The notes below the pieces were generated by a model. That model was not told the DNA's origin and searched no databases. It was given only the letters and a program-made list of their open reading frames with translations. The translations under genes and the position numbers were made by a program. DNA of 64,000 bases from Bdellovibrionota bacterium (GTDB lineage: Bacteria; Bdellovibrionota_G; JALEGL01; DATDPG01), in the NCBI GenBank assembly GCA_963668355.1, contig OY764265.1, forward strand, positions 1,056,001 to 1,120,000. The letters are read 5' to 3'. Shown one piece after another: positions 9,617 to 19,129 of this stretch (the first letter of the stretch is position 1; each line of letters opens with the position of its first letter).

Positions 9617-10948
9617 TCACCCTTCTGAACGAAGTTTCTGTCGAACGGCTTCCCAATAGCGAAGCCGTTCGGCTAATTTTTTTTCAATGCCCTCTTCAAC
9701 GGGGATGTAATACTTTCTGTTTTTTAATTCTTTCGGCATGCACTCCAATGAAGTGGTTTTTTCTTCTTTGTGATGGGAATATTCATATCCCTTCCCATAC
9801 TCCAACTCTTTCATGAGCTTTGTGGGCGCATTTCGTATCTCCAGTGGAACTGGATAAATTTTCCCCGCTTTCAAATCTTTTTCAACGCGACCATACGCTT
9901 GATACACGGAATTGGATTTGGGTGCGGCTGACAAATAAATGGCCAGTTGAGCCAGAGCTAATTTCCCCTCTGGCAATCCAATGAAATGAACCGTGTCTTT
10001 GACGGAAGTCGCTAACATTAAGGCATGAGGATCCGCGTTGCCCACATCTTCGCTGGCAAAACGGATCATTCTTCGAGCAATATAGAGAGGGTCCTCTCCA
10101 GACTCCAACATACGCGCCAACCAATACAAAGCGGCATCCGCATCTCCATTACGCATGCTTTTATGCAAGGCGGAGATGATGTTGAAATGCTCCTCGCCTC
10201 CCTTGTCATATAGAAGCATCACGCGTTGCGCGGCCTGATCGACATGCTTCTTCAACATTTCGTCGCCTTTTCGCACGAGATAAACGGAAGCTTCGAAAAG
10301 ATTCAGAGCCGCGCGGGCATCCCCAGGAGTTCGCGTGGCCAAATACTGAAGGACCTCTCTGGAAACAGAAATGTTCTTCCGAAGAATTTGTTCATCTTTT
10401 TCCAAAACACGTTCGAGCAACGCCACTTGATCTTCCTCCCGAAGAGGATCCAAGACGTAGACGCGTAAACGAGACAAAAGGGCGCCATTGATTTCGAAAG
10501 AGGGATTTTCCGTTGTGGCCCCAATCAACGTGATGTCTCCTTTTTCCACGAAAGGCAAAAACGCATCTTGCTGGGCCTTATTAAACCGATGAATTTCATC
10601 CACAAAGACGAGGGTTCGTGTGCCAAATTGAAGTTTCTTTCGTTCGGCATCTTTCATCACTTCTCGGACTTCCTTGATGCCACTCAAAACGGCTGAAAAT
10701 GGAACAAAGTGGGCTCCACTTTGGGAGGCCACAATTCGAGCGATGGTTGTTTTTCCGGTACCGGGTGGCCCCCACAAGACAAAGGATTGAATATCTCCAC
10801 TTTCCAAGGCTTTACGCAAAGGGGCATCCTTTCCGACCAGCTGGCTCTGACCCAAAACCTCATCCAAGGTCTGAGGACGAACGCGTTCGGCCAAAGGCGC
10901 TGCTTTGGAAGGTTTTTCTGGTGAAGCGGTTGTCTCAAATAAATCCAT
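9617..10948 (-). CDS. rarA: Replication-associated recombination protein A (MgsA/RarA AAA+ ATPase)
   Basis: [35 protein letters not shown] and SEDVGNADP. Confidence 0.95.
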   Translation of the reverse strand: MDLFETTASPEKPSKAAPLAERVRPQTLDEVLGQSQLVGKDAPLRKALESGDIQSFVLWGPPGTGKTTIARIVASQSGAHFVPFSAVLSGIKEVREVMKDAERKKLQFGTRTLVFVDEIHRFNKAQQDAFLPFVEKGDITLIGATTENPSFEINGALLSRLRVYVLDPLREEDQVALLERVLEKDEQILRKNISVSREVLQYLATRTPGDARAALNLFEASVYLVRKGDEMLKKHVDQAAQRVMLLYDKGGEEHFNIISALHKSMRNGDADAALYWLARMLESGEDPLYIARRMIRFASEDVGNADPHALMLATSVKDTVHFIGLPEGKLALAQLAIYLSAAPKSNSVYQAYGRVEKDLKAGKIYPVPLEIRNAPTKLMKELEYGKGYEYSHHKEEKTTSLECMPKELKNRKYYIPVEEGIEKKLAERLRYWEAVRQKLRSEG

Positions 10949-11012
10949 CCCACATCGCATATCTTAAGCGTCAAAGAGAGTCACGATGAAATGTTCGGAC
11001 GCAAACATCCAT

Positions 11013-11436
11013 AGCGCGACATTCGTCGCGCACAAAAATCAGGCATGAGACATTTCTATATCGGGAAAGGAGGGGTAGCGCATGTTCCGGAGAAAACCGA
11101 TACCTCGGGGGAGGAAACCTCCCCCCCAAAACGCTACGCGTTTCGGCTCCCCCCCACACGGTTTTCCTCGAAACACACGCTACCCCTCCTTTTCAATCAA
11201 TCAAACTCCAAGCTTCTGCTTTAAAAAATTTGGAAACGAAGACCACACTTCCATATTTTGCATAGGCCTCTCTTTTAAAGAGGTCGGAAATGTTGAAAGG
11301 GTGGCGTTTTCGAAAAGGGTGCCGAGGACTATCGAGCCGCAGCGCACCCTTTTCGAAAACGTCAGGACCCTCCCACAAAATCTCTTCAGCCTTGTTAACA
11401 TCCAACACGAAACTCATGCGCGACGGATGTCGCGCT
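11013..11436 (-). mobile_element. Non-coding element bounded by 20-bp palindromic inverted repeats (MITE/REPIN-like), copy 1
   Basis: agcgcgacattcgtcgcgca (11013-11032) and tgcgcgacggatgtcgcgct (11417-11436); ~150-nt block homologous to 53839-53993 in inverted orientation; mobility is inferred. Confidence 0.65.
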
Positions 11437-11488
11437 TCTTTTGTTTGAAATTTGTTTCAAGAATGCTCTTCGTCTAAGTTCATGGGGT

Positions 11489-11965
11489 ATGTCGAATCAA
11501 TCCAAAGCTCCTTCAGATTCTTATGTTGAAATGGTTCAACAGGTTTTGCCTGGTGATACAAATCCTCACGGAACCGTCTTTGGGGGAAAAGTCATGGAAT
11601 GGATTGATGTTGCGGGAGCTCTTTCAGCCATGAAACATGCACAGAATCCTGTTGTTTTAGCTTCCGCCGATCGAATTAATTTTTTAACTCCGGCTCAAAA
11701 CGGTGACATCGTTATTCTTCATGCTTCTGTCGGTTATACGGGACGATCTTCCATTGAGGTGGATGTTCAAGCCTATGCCGAAAACCCCATAACCAGCGAA
11801 CGTGTCTTAACCACAAACGCACGAATGACATATGTAACCGTGAACAAAAACGGCAAACCCATCCCCACCATTCCCTTGAACCCCGAAACCGAAGAAGAAA
11901 AACAACGCTTCGAAGAAGGAAAAAACCGACACCTTTCTTTCAAGGAAAGCTTTGACCGTGAGTGA
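11489..11965 (+). CDS. Acyl-CoA thioesterase (hotdog fold, YciA-like)
   Basis: PGDTNPHGTVFGGKVMEWID, VGYTGRSSIEV. Confidence 0.92.
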   Translation: MSNQSKAPSDSYVEMVQQVLPGDTNPHGTVFGGKVMEWIDVAGALSAMKHAQNPVVLASADRINFLTPAQNGDIVILHASVGYTGRSSIEVDVQAYAENPITSERVLTTNARMTYVTVNKNGKPIPTIPLNPETEEEKQRFEEGKNRHLSFKESFDRE

Positions 11966-12093
11966 AAATGGTTCCAGGATTTTAAGCATATTGAAAAAAT
12001 TTCAGACTTTTTTTCTTTGGTCTAGAAAACCAAAAAAATCCTACCAAAACTTGTTTATTTTCGGAAACTTACACCCACATCAAACACGCTTAA

Positions 12094-12109
12094 TGGCACG
12101 CTATTTGCG
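12094..12109 (+). promoter_or_regulatory. sigma54 (-24/-12) promoter
   Basis: TGGCACG-CTAT-TTGC matches the TGGCACG-N4-TTGC consensus exactly. Confidence 0.75.
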
Positions 12110-12166
12110 TTCAAATTGGGTGGTGGGTTGTGGATTTAAACGATTTTTTTTCTTTTTTCATTCTTC

Positions 12167-13198
12167 TTGGCCTCTTGTGCAAATTCGACAATCTCAACCG
12201 GCCTTTTAGATCCAGATTCGCCCCTTGATCCCGAGCAAGCTTCAAATTCAAACGATGACGATGTTCAGAATTCAAGTTCGTCTATCGCTTTTTGTGGTGA
12301 TGGCATAATTGATCCGGGAGAATCTTGCGATTCAGATAATCTTCAAGAAACAACGTGTTCGTCTTTGGGGCTTGGCACGGGTGTGTTGACATGCACTTCG
12401 GCTTGTTCTTTTTACACGTCAAACTGTGAACTCAACCTTCCGGCCCAAATGATTCTTTTTGAAGGTTTTGAAGAAGGTGGCTGGGAAAATTCCTTTCGAA
12501 GCGGTACAGAAAATGTGGATCTTACCACTAACGCACCCCACAGTGGCCAGCATGCGCTTCGCGGAAACCTTATGCAAGATCGCGTTGATGAAATCAATGG
12601 CGTAATCGGTGAAGGAAATCCCCAACTCGAATTTGATGGCAACAATCTTTCTACCCAAACACCCAACGAGGTTTTCATTCGCCTTTGGATGCGCTTAGAC
12701 CACAGCACGTGGCTACCTCTCTTGGGAGGAAAAACGTTTTACATCACCGACGACCATTTCGGAACAGCGTCTTATTATTTTTCATCCGACATGGACAGCA
12801 ACGAAGGAAGTCTTTCCGATAATGGTGCGTGGTTTGATTGGTGCGTAGAAAACTGGGGATACCAAAAAGCCTATCTCATTAACGAAGAAAACGATCCCGT
12901 CGGACCAGATGGTCTGTGGCATAAGATTGAGGTGTATGCCAATTATGTCCATGATTACATCGTCTTCTGGGTTGATGGAAATCAGCTTGTGGGACATGGG
13001 TCTCGTTTGAACTTTTATCCGGATGGAAAAATTCCTTTGCATCCTGATTTTCACCTTCGAGGATTACAATTCCTCTATGTCCACGATCAAAACCTCGTTG
13101 ATTCAATTGACTTAACTGGATATGCGGGGGGTTATCAATTCGACGATATCGAAGTGTGGAACGGCCTTCCTCCTGGAATGACCGTTGTGACAAATTAA
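12167..13198 (+). CDS. Putative lipoprotein with Myxococcus-type Cys-rich repeat and LamG/polysaccharide-lyase-like beta-sandwich; signal peptide appears frameshifted
   Basis: CGDGIIDPGESCD..C..C..C..C repeat; FEGFE, WHKIEV, WVDG and FDDIEV; in-frame lipobox LASC preceded by stop at 12137. Confidence 0.65.
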   Translation: MASCANSTISTGLLDPDSPLDPEQASNSNDDDVQNSSSSIAFCGDGIIDPGESCDSDNLQETTCSSLGLGTGVLTCTSACSFYTSNCELNLPAQMILFEGFEEGGWENSFRSGTENVDLTTNAPHSGQHALRGNLMQDRVDEINGVIGEGNPQLEFDGNNLSTQTPNEVFIRLWMRLDHSTWLPLLGGKTFYITDDHFGTASYYFSSDMDSNEGSLSDNGAWFDWCVENWGYQKAYLINEENDPVGPDGLWHKIEVYANYVHDYIVFWVDGNQLVGHGSRLNFYPDGKIPLHPDFHLRGLQFLYVHDQNLVDSIDLTGYAGGYQFDDIEVWNGLPPGMTVVTN

Positions 13199-13257
13199 TT
13201 AAATCGATCTGTCTTCGCTTTTGCTACGCCGTGATCGTTTTAATTGAGAATGTGTTC

Positions 13258-13761
13258 TCAATTAAAACGAAATCCGAAGCCTGTGATCCAGTCTAACGTC
13301 ACTTCCGTATTGGGACCGCCACCGGCAGGTGCGATATATAAATTCACATCCGTATTGAAATCAAAATCTTGACCCAGAGGCAAAGTCATTCCGGTTCCCA
13401 TGCGAAGTTCAAACGCATTTTTGCTGTCATACACGCCGTATCCCGCGCCGCCGATGACATAGAAGGCTGAAGGGCCAATGTAAAGATAGTCGTAGCGAAT
13501 ATTGGGGATGAGAGTGAACCGAAAATTGTCACTGATTCCCACGGCCGCCAAAAGATTGAATCCCAATGCGTAACCCAATTCATAATCAAATTCACCGGCT
13601 ATACGACCTTGCGTTTCCCAATTAGCGATATTAAAGCCAGGGCCCCCTTTGATTCGAAGAGAGTAGTCGCCCGGACCTGCCCAAGACAACTCCGTTGGCA
13701 GAACCAACAAGAAAAACACCCATGTAAATTGAACTAATCGATGCATCCGCTTCATGATCAA
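13258..13761 (-). CDS. Small outer-membrane beta-barrel protein
   Basis: Signal peptide, alternating amphipathic strands, C-terminal GFGFRFN. Confidence 0.7.
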   Translation of the reverse strand: MIMKRMHRLVQFTWVFFLLVLPTELSWAGPGDYSLRIKGGPGFNIANWETQGRIAGEFDYELGYALGFNLLAAVGISDNFRFTLIPNIRYDYLYIGPSAFYVIGGAGYGVYDSKNAFELRMGTGMTLPLGQDFDFNTDVNLYIAPAGGGPNTEVTLDWITGFGFRFN

Positions 13762-13818
13762 ACATGCAGCATAGTCGAGTGTTACCCGAATGCAAACTTG
13801 GGTGCGTACCAGAACGGT

Positions 13819-13980
13819 TTAGATATCGACGGTCCAAACACCGCGGGGCGTTTCTTCTTTTTCTTCGCCTCGCTTGGGATTGTGTTCAAAAGGAACCGGA
13901 AGAGGGAGTTCGAGCGGAAGCGGAATTTGAACATCCTGCTCCTTTTGTTTTTCTTTCCATTTTTTGTGTGGAATGAACAT
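13819..13980 (-). CDS. 53-aa hypothetical protein (not in ORF track)
   Basis: Manual translation MFIPHKKWKEKQKEQDVQIPLPLELPLPVPFEHNPKRGEEKEETPRGVWTVDI; AAGGAG 8 nt upstream; sigma54 motif upstream. Confidence 0.65.
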   Translation of the reverse strand: MFIPHKKWKEKQKEQDVQIPLPLELPLPVPFEHNPKRGEEKEETPRGVWTVDI

Positions 13981-14010
13981 GCCATGAGCTCCTTTTCACT
14001 TGCATAAATT

Positions 14011-14026
14011 TGCAACGAGCAGGCCA
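14011..14026 (-). promoter_or_regulatory. sigma54 (-24/-12) promoter
   Basis: Minus-strand TGGCCTGCTCGTTGCA (GG-N10-GC). Confidence 0.6.
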
Positions 14027-14299
14027 AGTTTTCAAAAAAAGAAGCCTGCCAAGTACTTGAATTAATTTGAGGTTTTCACTCCTTCGCCACTCCTTAGACC
14101 TTGCCTCCAAAGGCAGTGACAACTTTTGGCACACCCCTGGCGGATTTGCGGCCGATAGTCACCATAAGTCATTGTTTTTTTTAAAGAATGTGATGACGCG
14201 CTGAGACAGCCTTAAAGTTGCACCCCCGGAACTAGAGTCCCGCCAAAAAGCTTTATCTAAGCCATCTTCCGACCTGCCTCTTTCGAGGCGAACTCCGAT

Positions 14300-15541
14300 T
14301 TAGGGAAGCATTCGGGCCGACACGCTGGCTGAAAAATCCCCCATGCGAATGGGTTCAATATATCCCCAATCTTCCAGCAAATTGACGGGGTACGTGACTT
14401 CCACGACGGCCTCCCTCTCTAGCAACGATCTTGTTCGAAGATGGACGTCAAGTCCGGGAACTTCTTTCTGCATCAGGGGAAATAGAAACGTCCGCGATTC
14501 CAGCGTCATATCTAAAGAGGTGGAGCCCAAAACAACCCGATCCTCCGCCTCCCCGAACTCGGACAGGGAACAAGAAACCGATGAATAAAATCGAGGATTG
14601 GGAAAGTGCATGTCTTTCACGTGCACACGGTACAGATCGACCTTTTCATTGTTCTGAACAAACGCTTCCAAAGGTACGACGCGAAAGAGAAGATTTCCGA
14701 AATGCTCTCCTTCCATCACACGTACCGAATCATCCGTTTGGTTGAAAAGCGATTCATTGCATCCATAATCACAGCCGTCTTTCCCTCGAAACCAACCTTT
14801 ATGGGTCCCCAGAACTTGTTTTCCTTGGACATCAAGATAGGAAAATTCAAAATCGACTCTTTGTTCATTTTGGAAATTCATTTCTTCGTCTGCCAACAGA
14901 ATGCTTTGATTGAGAATCACCGGTTCACCATTTCGAGAAAGCCTCCAGTGAAAAGGAAAGTGGGTAATGGTTTTTATTTCCCAAGGATCGCCAATTTGAA
15001 TTTCCAATGAAAGCTCGGGGTCCTGATCGACTCCCATCTTGCGAATTAAATGAAGGGAATAGGGCTCCAGTCGAATGATCTCTTCTTGAACTTCGACATT
15101 CACTCGAAGCACTCCAATGTAGCCATCTCGGTCTTCGAGTGTGACATCCGTTTTTCCGTTTCGCACCTCCACGTAGGAACAAGAAAAACCGGTTTCCGAA
15201 GACCAAAACCCTTTATCCAAAACCTTAAAACAAACCGGAAGACCCATCTTTGTCGCTTGTTTTCGAGCAAAAAAAACCGGAGGAGCCGCAAAAGAGACTT
15301 CTTGAGCTGAAGTCAGTTTGTTGGGAATTTCGATTTTCACACCTTCGAATCCAGGAAAGAGAACGGGTCGACTTCGCCTCCCCCACACATATGCAGAGAG
15401 ATCAAACACTTCTCCCTCCTGCATGACGTCTTGATTTAGAGATGCCTGTTCAAGTGTAAGCACATATTCCCCCGAAGGGTTGGCCAAAGCGAACGAAGGT
15501 ACCAAGACGAGAAGCAATAGAGAAAGTCGTACAAACCGCAT
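14300..15541 (-). CDS. Hypothetical secreted protein
   Basis: 413-aa ORF with signal peptide (MRFVRLSLLLLVLVPSFALA). Confidence 0.7.
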   Translation of the reverse strand: MRFVRLSLLLLVLVPSFALANPSGEYVLTLEQASLNQDVMQEGEVFDLSAYVWGRRSRPVLFPGFEGVKIEIPNKLTSAQEVSFAAPPVFFARKQATKMGLPVCFKVLDKGFWSSETGFSCSYVEVRNGKTDVTLEDRDGYIGVLRVNVEVQEEIIRLEPYSLHLIRKMGVDQDPELSLEIQIGDPWEIKTITHFPFHWRLSRNGEPVILNQSILLADEEMNFQNEQRVDFEFSYLDVQGKQVLGTHKGWFRGKDGCDYGCNESLFNQTDDSVRVMEGEHFGNLLFRVVPLEAFVQNNEKVDLYRVHVKDMHFPNPRFYSSVSCSLSEFGEAEDRVVLGSTSLDMTLESRTFLFPLMQKEVPGLDVHLRTRSLLEREAVVEVTYPVNLLEDWGYIEPIRMGDFSASVSARMLP

Positions 15542-15620
15542 GCGAAAACTCCTTTTTTCAACAAGATTCGTGGGCTCACTTAGCGCGCTGCGCCAAGGCT
15601 GTCAATTATGAAAAAGCCCT

Positions 15621-17156
15621 TCAGGAGGCCAATCTGGGAAACAATGGACTGGGTTTTTGTGTGGAAAAACGATCCATCTCGCCGGGCTGGGGCATGGAAT
15701 CGAAGGTAATCTCACGTTCCTTAAGGCCAAGCCCCAAAATCGACCCCACTTCGGCCATTTTTTCTGGCATCACGGGGGCCAAACACAAGCTCACCCACCG
15801 AAGTCTTTCCAAAAGAACAAAAAACAAATCTCGAAGATCCTTTTCTTGATCGGGATCTTTCGCCATCGTCCAGGGTTGTTTTTGATCAATGAGGAGGTTG
15901 GCGTCGGAGACCAACACCCAAGCCGCTTCCAAGGCTTCATGAATGCGATAACCGCTCATTTTCTCGTGATAGGTCACAATTGCGTTCTGGATTTTTTGGA
16001 TTTCATCTCCCATCCCAAAGTCCTTGGGTTTTTCTAAGGTTTCCCCCAAGTACTTTCGAACCATGGTGACCGTTCGACTCAAGAGGTTACCCAAATCATT
16101 GGCCAAGTCTGCATTGTAACGAAGCACCAAGCGCTCCTCGGTAAAATCACCATCTCTGTCCCAAGGAACTTCGCGCATGAGATGATAACGAAGGGCGTCG
16201 GCGCCGTGGTTCTCTGCAAGCGCTTTTGGATCCGCCACATTGCCACGACTTTTGGACATTTTCTCACCCTTGATGGAAACAAACCCATGCGCCCAAACGT
16301 GTTTGGGAAGGGGAATGTCTGCCGCCATCAACATTGCGGGCCAAATCACACAATGAAACCGCGTGATGTCTTTCCCAATGACATGCAAGGAAGCCGGCCA
16401 GTATTTTTCATACATCTCCCCGCCCATTTTCCCCAAGGCGGAGATATAGTTAATGAGCGCATCAAACCACACATACACCACCGCATCTTCATCAAACGGA
16501 AGTTGCACGCCCCAATCTTTGTTAGCGCGGGAGATCGAAACATCTTCCAAACCTTTTTCCAAGAGTCCGAGAATTTCATTCTTCCGCGTCTTGGGTTGAA
16601 GGAATTCCGGATTTTCTTGGTAGAACGCTTTTAATTTCTCGGTGAAGGAAGACAGTCGAAAAAAATAATTTTTTTCTTCGATCCATTCGGGTTTGGTTTT
16701 GTGGTTGGGACAAAGTCCATCCACCAAATCTTTCTCTTGGTAAAAGGCTTCGCACGAAACGCAGTAATGCCCTTCGTAGGCCGCTTGATAAATCAGCGGC
16801 TGGCCTTTGTCGTCTTTGGCCTCCCACACTCGCTGGGCAATCTCTTTGACCATGGCATGATGATCGGGTGACGTGGTTTGAATGAAAAAATCGTTTGAAA
16901 TGTGTAGATCGCTCCATGTCGACTGAAACTCTTGAGCCATTTGATCACAGTAGGCTTTTGGATCGAGCTTCAACTCTTCCGCTTTCTTCCGAACATTTTG
17001 CGAATGTTCATCATTGCCCATCACAAACCGAACATCGTCTCCACAAAGTCTTCGGTATCGGGCGATCACATCGGCCCCAATTTTTTCATACGCCGTACCC
17101 AAATGGGGTTTCGAGTTCGCGTAATCAATAGCCGTGGTGATGTAAAACGTCTTCAC
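15621..17156 (-). CDS. metG: Methionine--tRNA ligase (short form)
   Basis: FYITTAIDY, Zn knuckle CVSC..CPNH, YVWFDAL and KMSKS. Confidence 0.96.
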   Translation of the reverse strand: MKTFYITTAIDYANSKPHLGTAYEKIGADVIARYRRLCGDDVRFVMGNDEHSQNVRKKAEELKLDPKAYCDQMAQEFQSTWSDLHISNDFFIQTTSPDHHAMVKEIAQRVWEAKDDKGQPLIYQAAYEGHYCVSCEAFYQEKDLVDGLCPNHKTKPEWIEEKNYFFRLSSFTEKLKAFYQENPEFLQPKTRKNEILGLLEKGLEDVSISRANKDWGVQLPFDEDAVVYVWFDALINYISALGKMGGEMYEKYWPASLHVIGKDITRFHCVIWPAMLMAADIPLPKHVWAHGFVSIKGEKMSKSRGNVADPKALAENHGADALRYHLMREVPWDRDGDFTEERLVLRYNADLANDLGNLLSRTVTMVRKYLGETLEKPKDFGMGDEIQKIQNAIVTYHEKMSGYRIHEALEAAWVLVSDANLLIDQKQPWTMAKDPDQEKDLRDLFFVLLERLRWVSLCLAPVMPEKMAEVGSILGLGLKEREITFDSMPQPGEMDRFSTQKPSPLFPRLAS

Positions 17157-17905
17157 TGCGCGGGCGCTCCCATATTCTTCATCATGTCTTTCATATGCTT
17201 TTGCATCTCTTCCATTTGTTCGGGGCTGGGCATCGTAAAAGGTTTGTCTTGGGCATATCCTTTGGGCACTTCAAAGAGAGAGCTGGCCAAACTTGTGCGA
17301 CGCAGTTCTTTCACACGCATCGTCATATGCGTCACCTTTCCCTCTTTTCCCCTCACTTGATATTCCAAGGGGAACCCATTCAAGCCTTTCGGAATGGCGG
17401 CCGTATCTTCTGCCCGACGCGGATAAACCTCTTCCAAGTCTTTCAAAACATTTTTCAGTGTCGCACTGGTACACGCTTCCTCATGACGATCCGCCAAATC
17501 TCTCACCATGACCTGACACGAGTAACCCGCAATATTTCGACTCTTTCCTGTGGCCTTGAAGGGTTTCCCGGAACTCATGGCTTCTCGTTTTTTGGAAGAC
17601 GCTTTGGCCAATTCTTCCGAGGAAACGTTCATATACGCTTTTCGGGAAGGAAATAAGAGAAAGGCCCTCTTGGGTTTGGAGGTTGCAATAACAATGGTTT
17701 TGCCCATGGGGTTTCCCGGAACGTCCGTTTCGAATCGAACATGGTCTTTCTTGATGTAATACTTTCCCTCCATCTGAACCACCTCTTCCGAGGCCACCCG
17801 AGGCGAAACGCTCACGTCATAGAGAACAGTCACCCCATCCGTAGCGGCAAAGGCCTGCGTGGAAAGAAAAAAGACCCAAAGCGACATCATGTATTTAGTC
17901 ATCAT
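17153..17905 (-). CDS. Secreted DUF4412-like protein
   Basis: Signal peptide; TGKSRNIAGYSC, GFPLE and LFEVPKGY motifs. Confidence 0.75.
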   Translation of the reverse strand: MMTKYMMSLWVFFLSTQAFAATDGVTVLYDVSVSPRVASEEVVQMEGKYYIKKDHVRFETDVPGNPMGKTIVIATSKPKRAFLLFPSRKAYMNVSSEELAKASSKKREAMSSGKPFKATGKSRNIAGYSCQVMVRDLADRHEEACTSATLKNVLKDLEEVYPRRAEDTAAIPKGLNGFPLEYQVRGKEGKVTHMTMRVKELRRTSLASSLFEVPKGYAQDKPFTMPSPEQMEEMQKHMKDMMKNMGAPAQ

Positions 17906-18120
17906 GCGTACCTTTTATACGCCGCGTCCTCATGAATCCAGAGCTTTTCTCTTTATACTTAAGGCCTTGCAGGCAATGACGCGCCAAGTGTCGAAGCTCA
18001 AACATGCCAAGATTTCTTCGTTCCTTCGGCGCTGGACAACAAATGGGGCAGTTTTTGACTTGACGTGAGCGCGACATATGATACTCAACGCAATGCGCCA
18101 AACGCTTACAAGGAGCTGCG

Positions 18121-18726
18121 ATGTTCAAAAAGCACCATACGAGACTCTGTTCCTTAGGATTCCTCACGGGAGTTCTCTTCGTTGGAACAACCCTTGCCCA
18201 ACCCATGACACGAGATTCTCACCCTCAAGGAAAGGTGATGGATTCAAGAGCCGGTTCTTTGAATCTTCAGTGTGAAATCCTCGAAGACGGAGAAGAAACA
18301 GGAATGGTGTTCCAAATGTCCTATGAGTCCGAAAATGAATTCAACACAATGACCTTTTCGGCGTTGCAAGGAAATGACTTTCCGCTCATTCCTGAGTTTG
18401 AATTTGGCCCCGAAGGAACCGTGAGAGCCGACGGAGTCATTTCCGTCTATGCTTCAAACGATCGTGTTTCTCGCTTATTTCTGGCGAGAAATGAAGAAGG
18501 AACAAACCTGACCACGGGCGACCCTGAGCTCTTGCTGGTCCGTTTATTCTTTTTTGATGTCCCAAATGACCACGGTGAGATCCTTCTGTGTGAGGATGGA
18601 CTTGAGTTTAAACCGAATGGTCGGGGAGGAATGACGCCTCTATGCGATGGAGAACCTTCTCCGGTGATCTTTTTGAACTGTCAAACCCAAGGAGAAAATC
18701 GTGCACCATATAGCGCCGCCCGCTAA
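18121..18726 (+). CDS. Hypothetical secreted protein
   Basis: AAGGAG RBS, signal peptide, acidic mature region with 4 Cys. Confidence 0.7.
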   Translation: MFKKHHTRLCSLGFLTGVLFVGTTLAQPMTRDSHPQGKVMDSRAGSLNLQCEILEDGEETGMVFQMSYESENEFNTMTFSALQGNDFPLIPEFEFGPEGTVRADGVISVYASNDRVSRLFLARNEEGTNLTTGDPELLLVRLFFFDVPNDHGEILLCEDGLEFKPNGRGGMTPLCDGEPSPVIFLNCQTQGENRAPYSAAR

Positions 18727-19129
18727 GCGAAAATTACTTGTCGTTCTGTTTTCATATCTATTGTTACAGGTATTGATCTCCTGCGGAAGCGACCAATCTC
18801 CAAACGAGCTCCTTACCGACGTGGCTGATCAGTTGGGTCTACCCAAAGAGGCGATCTCTTTAATGGCTCCGTCTGGTTATTATGGGTACTACGGTTATAG
18901 CGGTTACGGTGGTTATGGCGGATATTATGGCGGATATGATTACTATGACTACTACTCCGGCTACGGCGGATATGACGGGTCACCGCCTCCTTGCGACTCG
19001 TATTGCGAAATACAATTTCAAGATGCCAATGATAATTGGATTAAGCGAACTACGAATTGCCCATCCAATTATTGCGCTTCGTGTTCAACAACAGGAGTAG
19101 GAACTTGTAGATTGGAGAGCAACCTATGA
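18701..19129 (+). CDS. Gly/Tyr-rich, Cys-rich putative lipoprotein
   Basis: AAGGAG before GTG; lipobox LISC; GYY/GYG repeats; six C-terminal Cys. Confidence 0.7.
   Translation: MHHIAPPAKRKLLVVLFSYLLLQVLISCGSDQSPNELLTDVADQLGLPKEAISLMAPSGYYGYYGYSGYGGYGGYYGGYDYYDYYSGYGGYDGSPPPCDSYCEIQFQDANDNWIKRTTNCPSNYCASCSTTGVGTCRLESNL
18875..18975 (+). repeat. Degenerate 9-bp-period coding repeat (Gly-Tyr-X)
   Basis: ggttattat gggtactac ggttatagc ggttacggt ggttatggc ggatattat... Confidence 0.75.

Noticed and set aside
11013..11436. CRISPR array or integron attC sites
   Set aside because: No regularly spaced direct repeats, no cas or intI genes, and no clear RYYYAAC/GTTRRRY-bounded cassette array
13782..14027. 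81-aa basic minus-strand ORF from the track
   Set aside because: The alternative frame 13819-13980 has better RBS spacing, and the longer ORF overlaps the promoter motif
14100..14299. Small hairpins and a weak GG-N10-GC motif as a possible riboswitch or sRNA
   Set aside because: No recognisable aptamer consensus and no + strand gene downstream
17090..17110. MetG HLGT in place of HIGH
   Set aside because: Within the natural variation of class I synthetase motifs; the rest of the enzyme is intact
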